Shown here in pieces: positions 35,636-35,660 of a stretch of DNA of 35,660 nucleotides. Below the pieces are notes generated by a model that searched no databases, was not told the origin of the DNA, and saw nothing but the letters and a program-made list of their open reading frames with translations. This stretch comes from Leidyana gryllorum EB-2025a (taxonomy: Eukaryota > Protista > Apicomplexa). Position 1 is the first letter of the stretch, and each line of letters opens with the position of its first letter. The position numbers were made by a program, and so were the translations under genes. The stretch lies in the NCBI GenBank assembly GCA_048772705.1, contig JBLWGC010000147.1, forward strand, positions 1 through 35,660, written 5' to 3'.

Positions 35636-35660
35636 CAACTCCCTTAGCTGCAGCTTTAGC

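Noticed and set aside
1-35660. CRISPR array
   Set aside because: Repeats are 70-85-nt tRNAs of many kinds; spacers are themselves repeated; no cas genes
1-35660. Bacterial, phage or organellar tRNA operon
   Set aside because: No encoded CCA, eukaryotic initiator signature, many A34 anticodons, canonical-position intron, mixed strands
1-35660. tRNA-derived SINE cluster
   Set aside because: No poly(A) or simple-repeat tails, target-site duplications or common body; copies spread with both flanks as segmental duplications
1-35660. 5S rRNA, spliced-leader or snRNA genes interspersed in the array
   Set aside because: No recognisable motif found by eye; an Rfam scan would be needed to exclude them fully

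Overview
The whole window is a dense, non-coding array of eukaryotic cytosolic-type tRNA genes, pseudogenes and fragments. By eye I count roughly 220 tRNA-like elements on both strands, about one per 160 bp. All 20 amino acids plus initiator and elongator Met are represented. Eukaryotic hallmarks: no encoded CCA, initiator Met with A1:U72 and a GATCGAAA T-loop, A34 (inosine-type) anticodons, and an intron in tRNA-Tyr. The array is not a simple tandem repeat. It is a mosaic of tRNA+flank modules re-joined at tRNA genes, with direct and inverted segmental duplications, an inversion between opposed tRNA-Thr genes, chimeric tRNAs, anticodon-shifted copies, and spacers that are themselves decayed tRNAs. 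Most genes have no oligo-T Pol III terminator. The only clearly non-tRNA DNA is a ~170-bp LTR-end-like insert near 16.9-17.07 kb. I support none of the ORFs as real proteins. Coordinates were read by hand (about +/-2 nt), intact vs pseudogene calls are by-eye fold checks, the feature list omits some heavily decayed fragments, and the organism cannot be named from the sequence.
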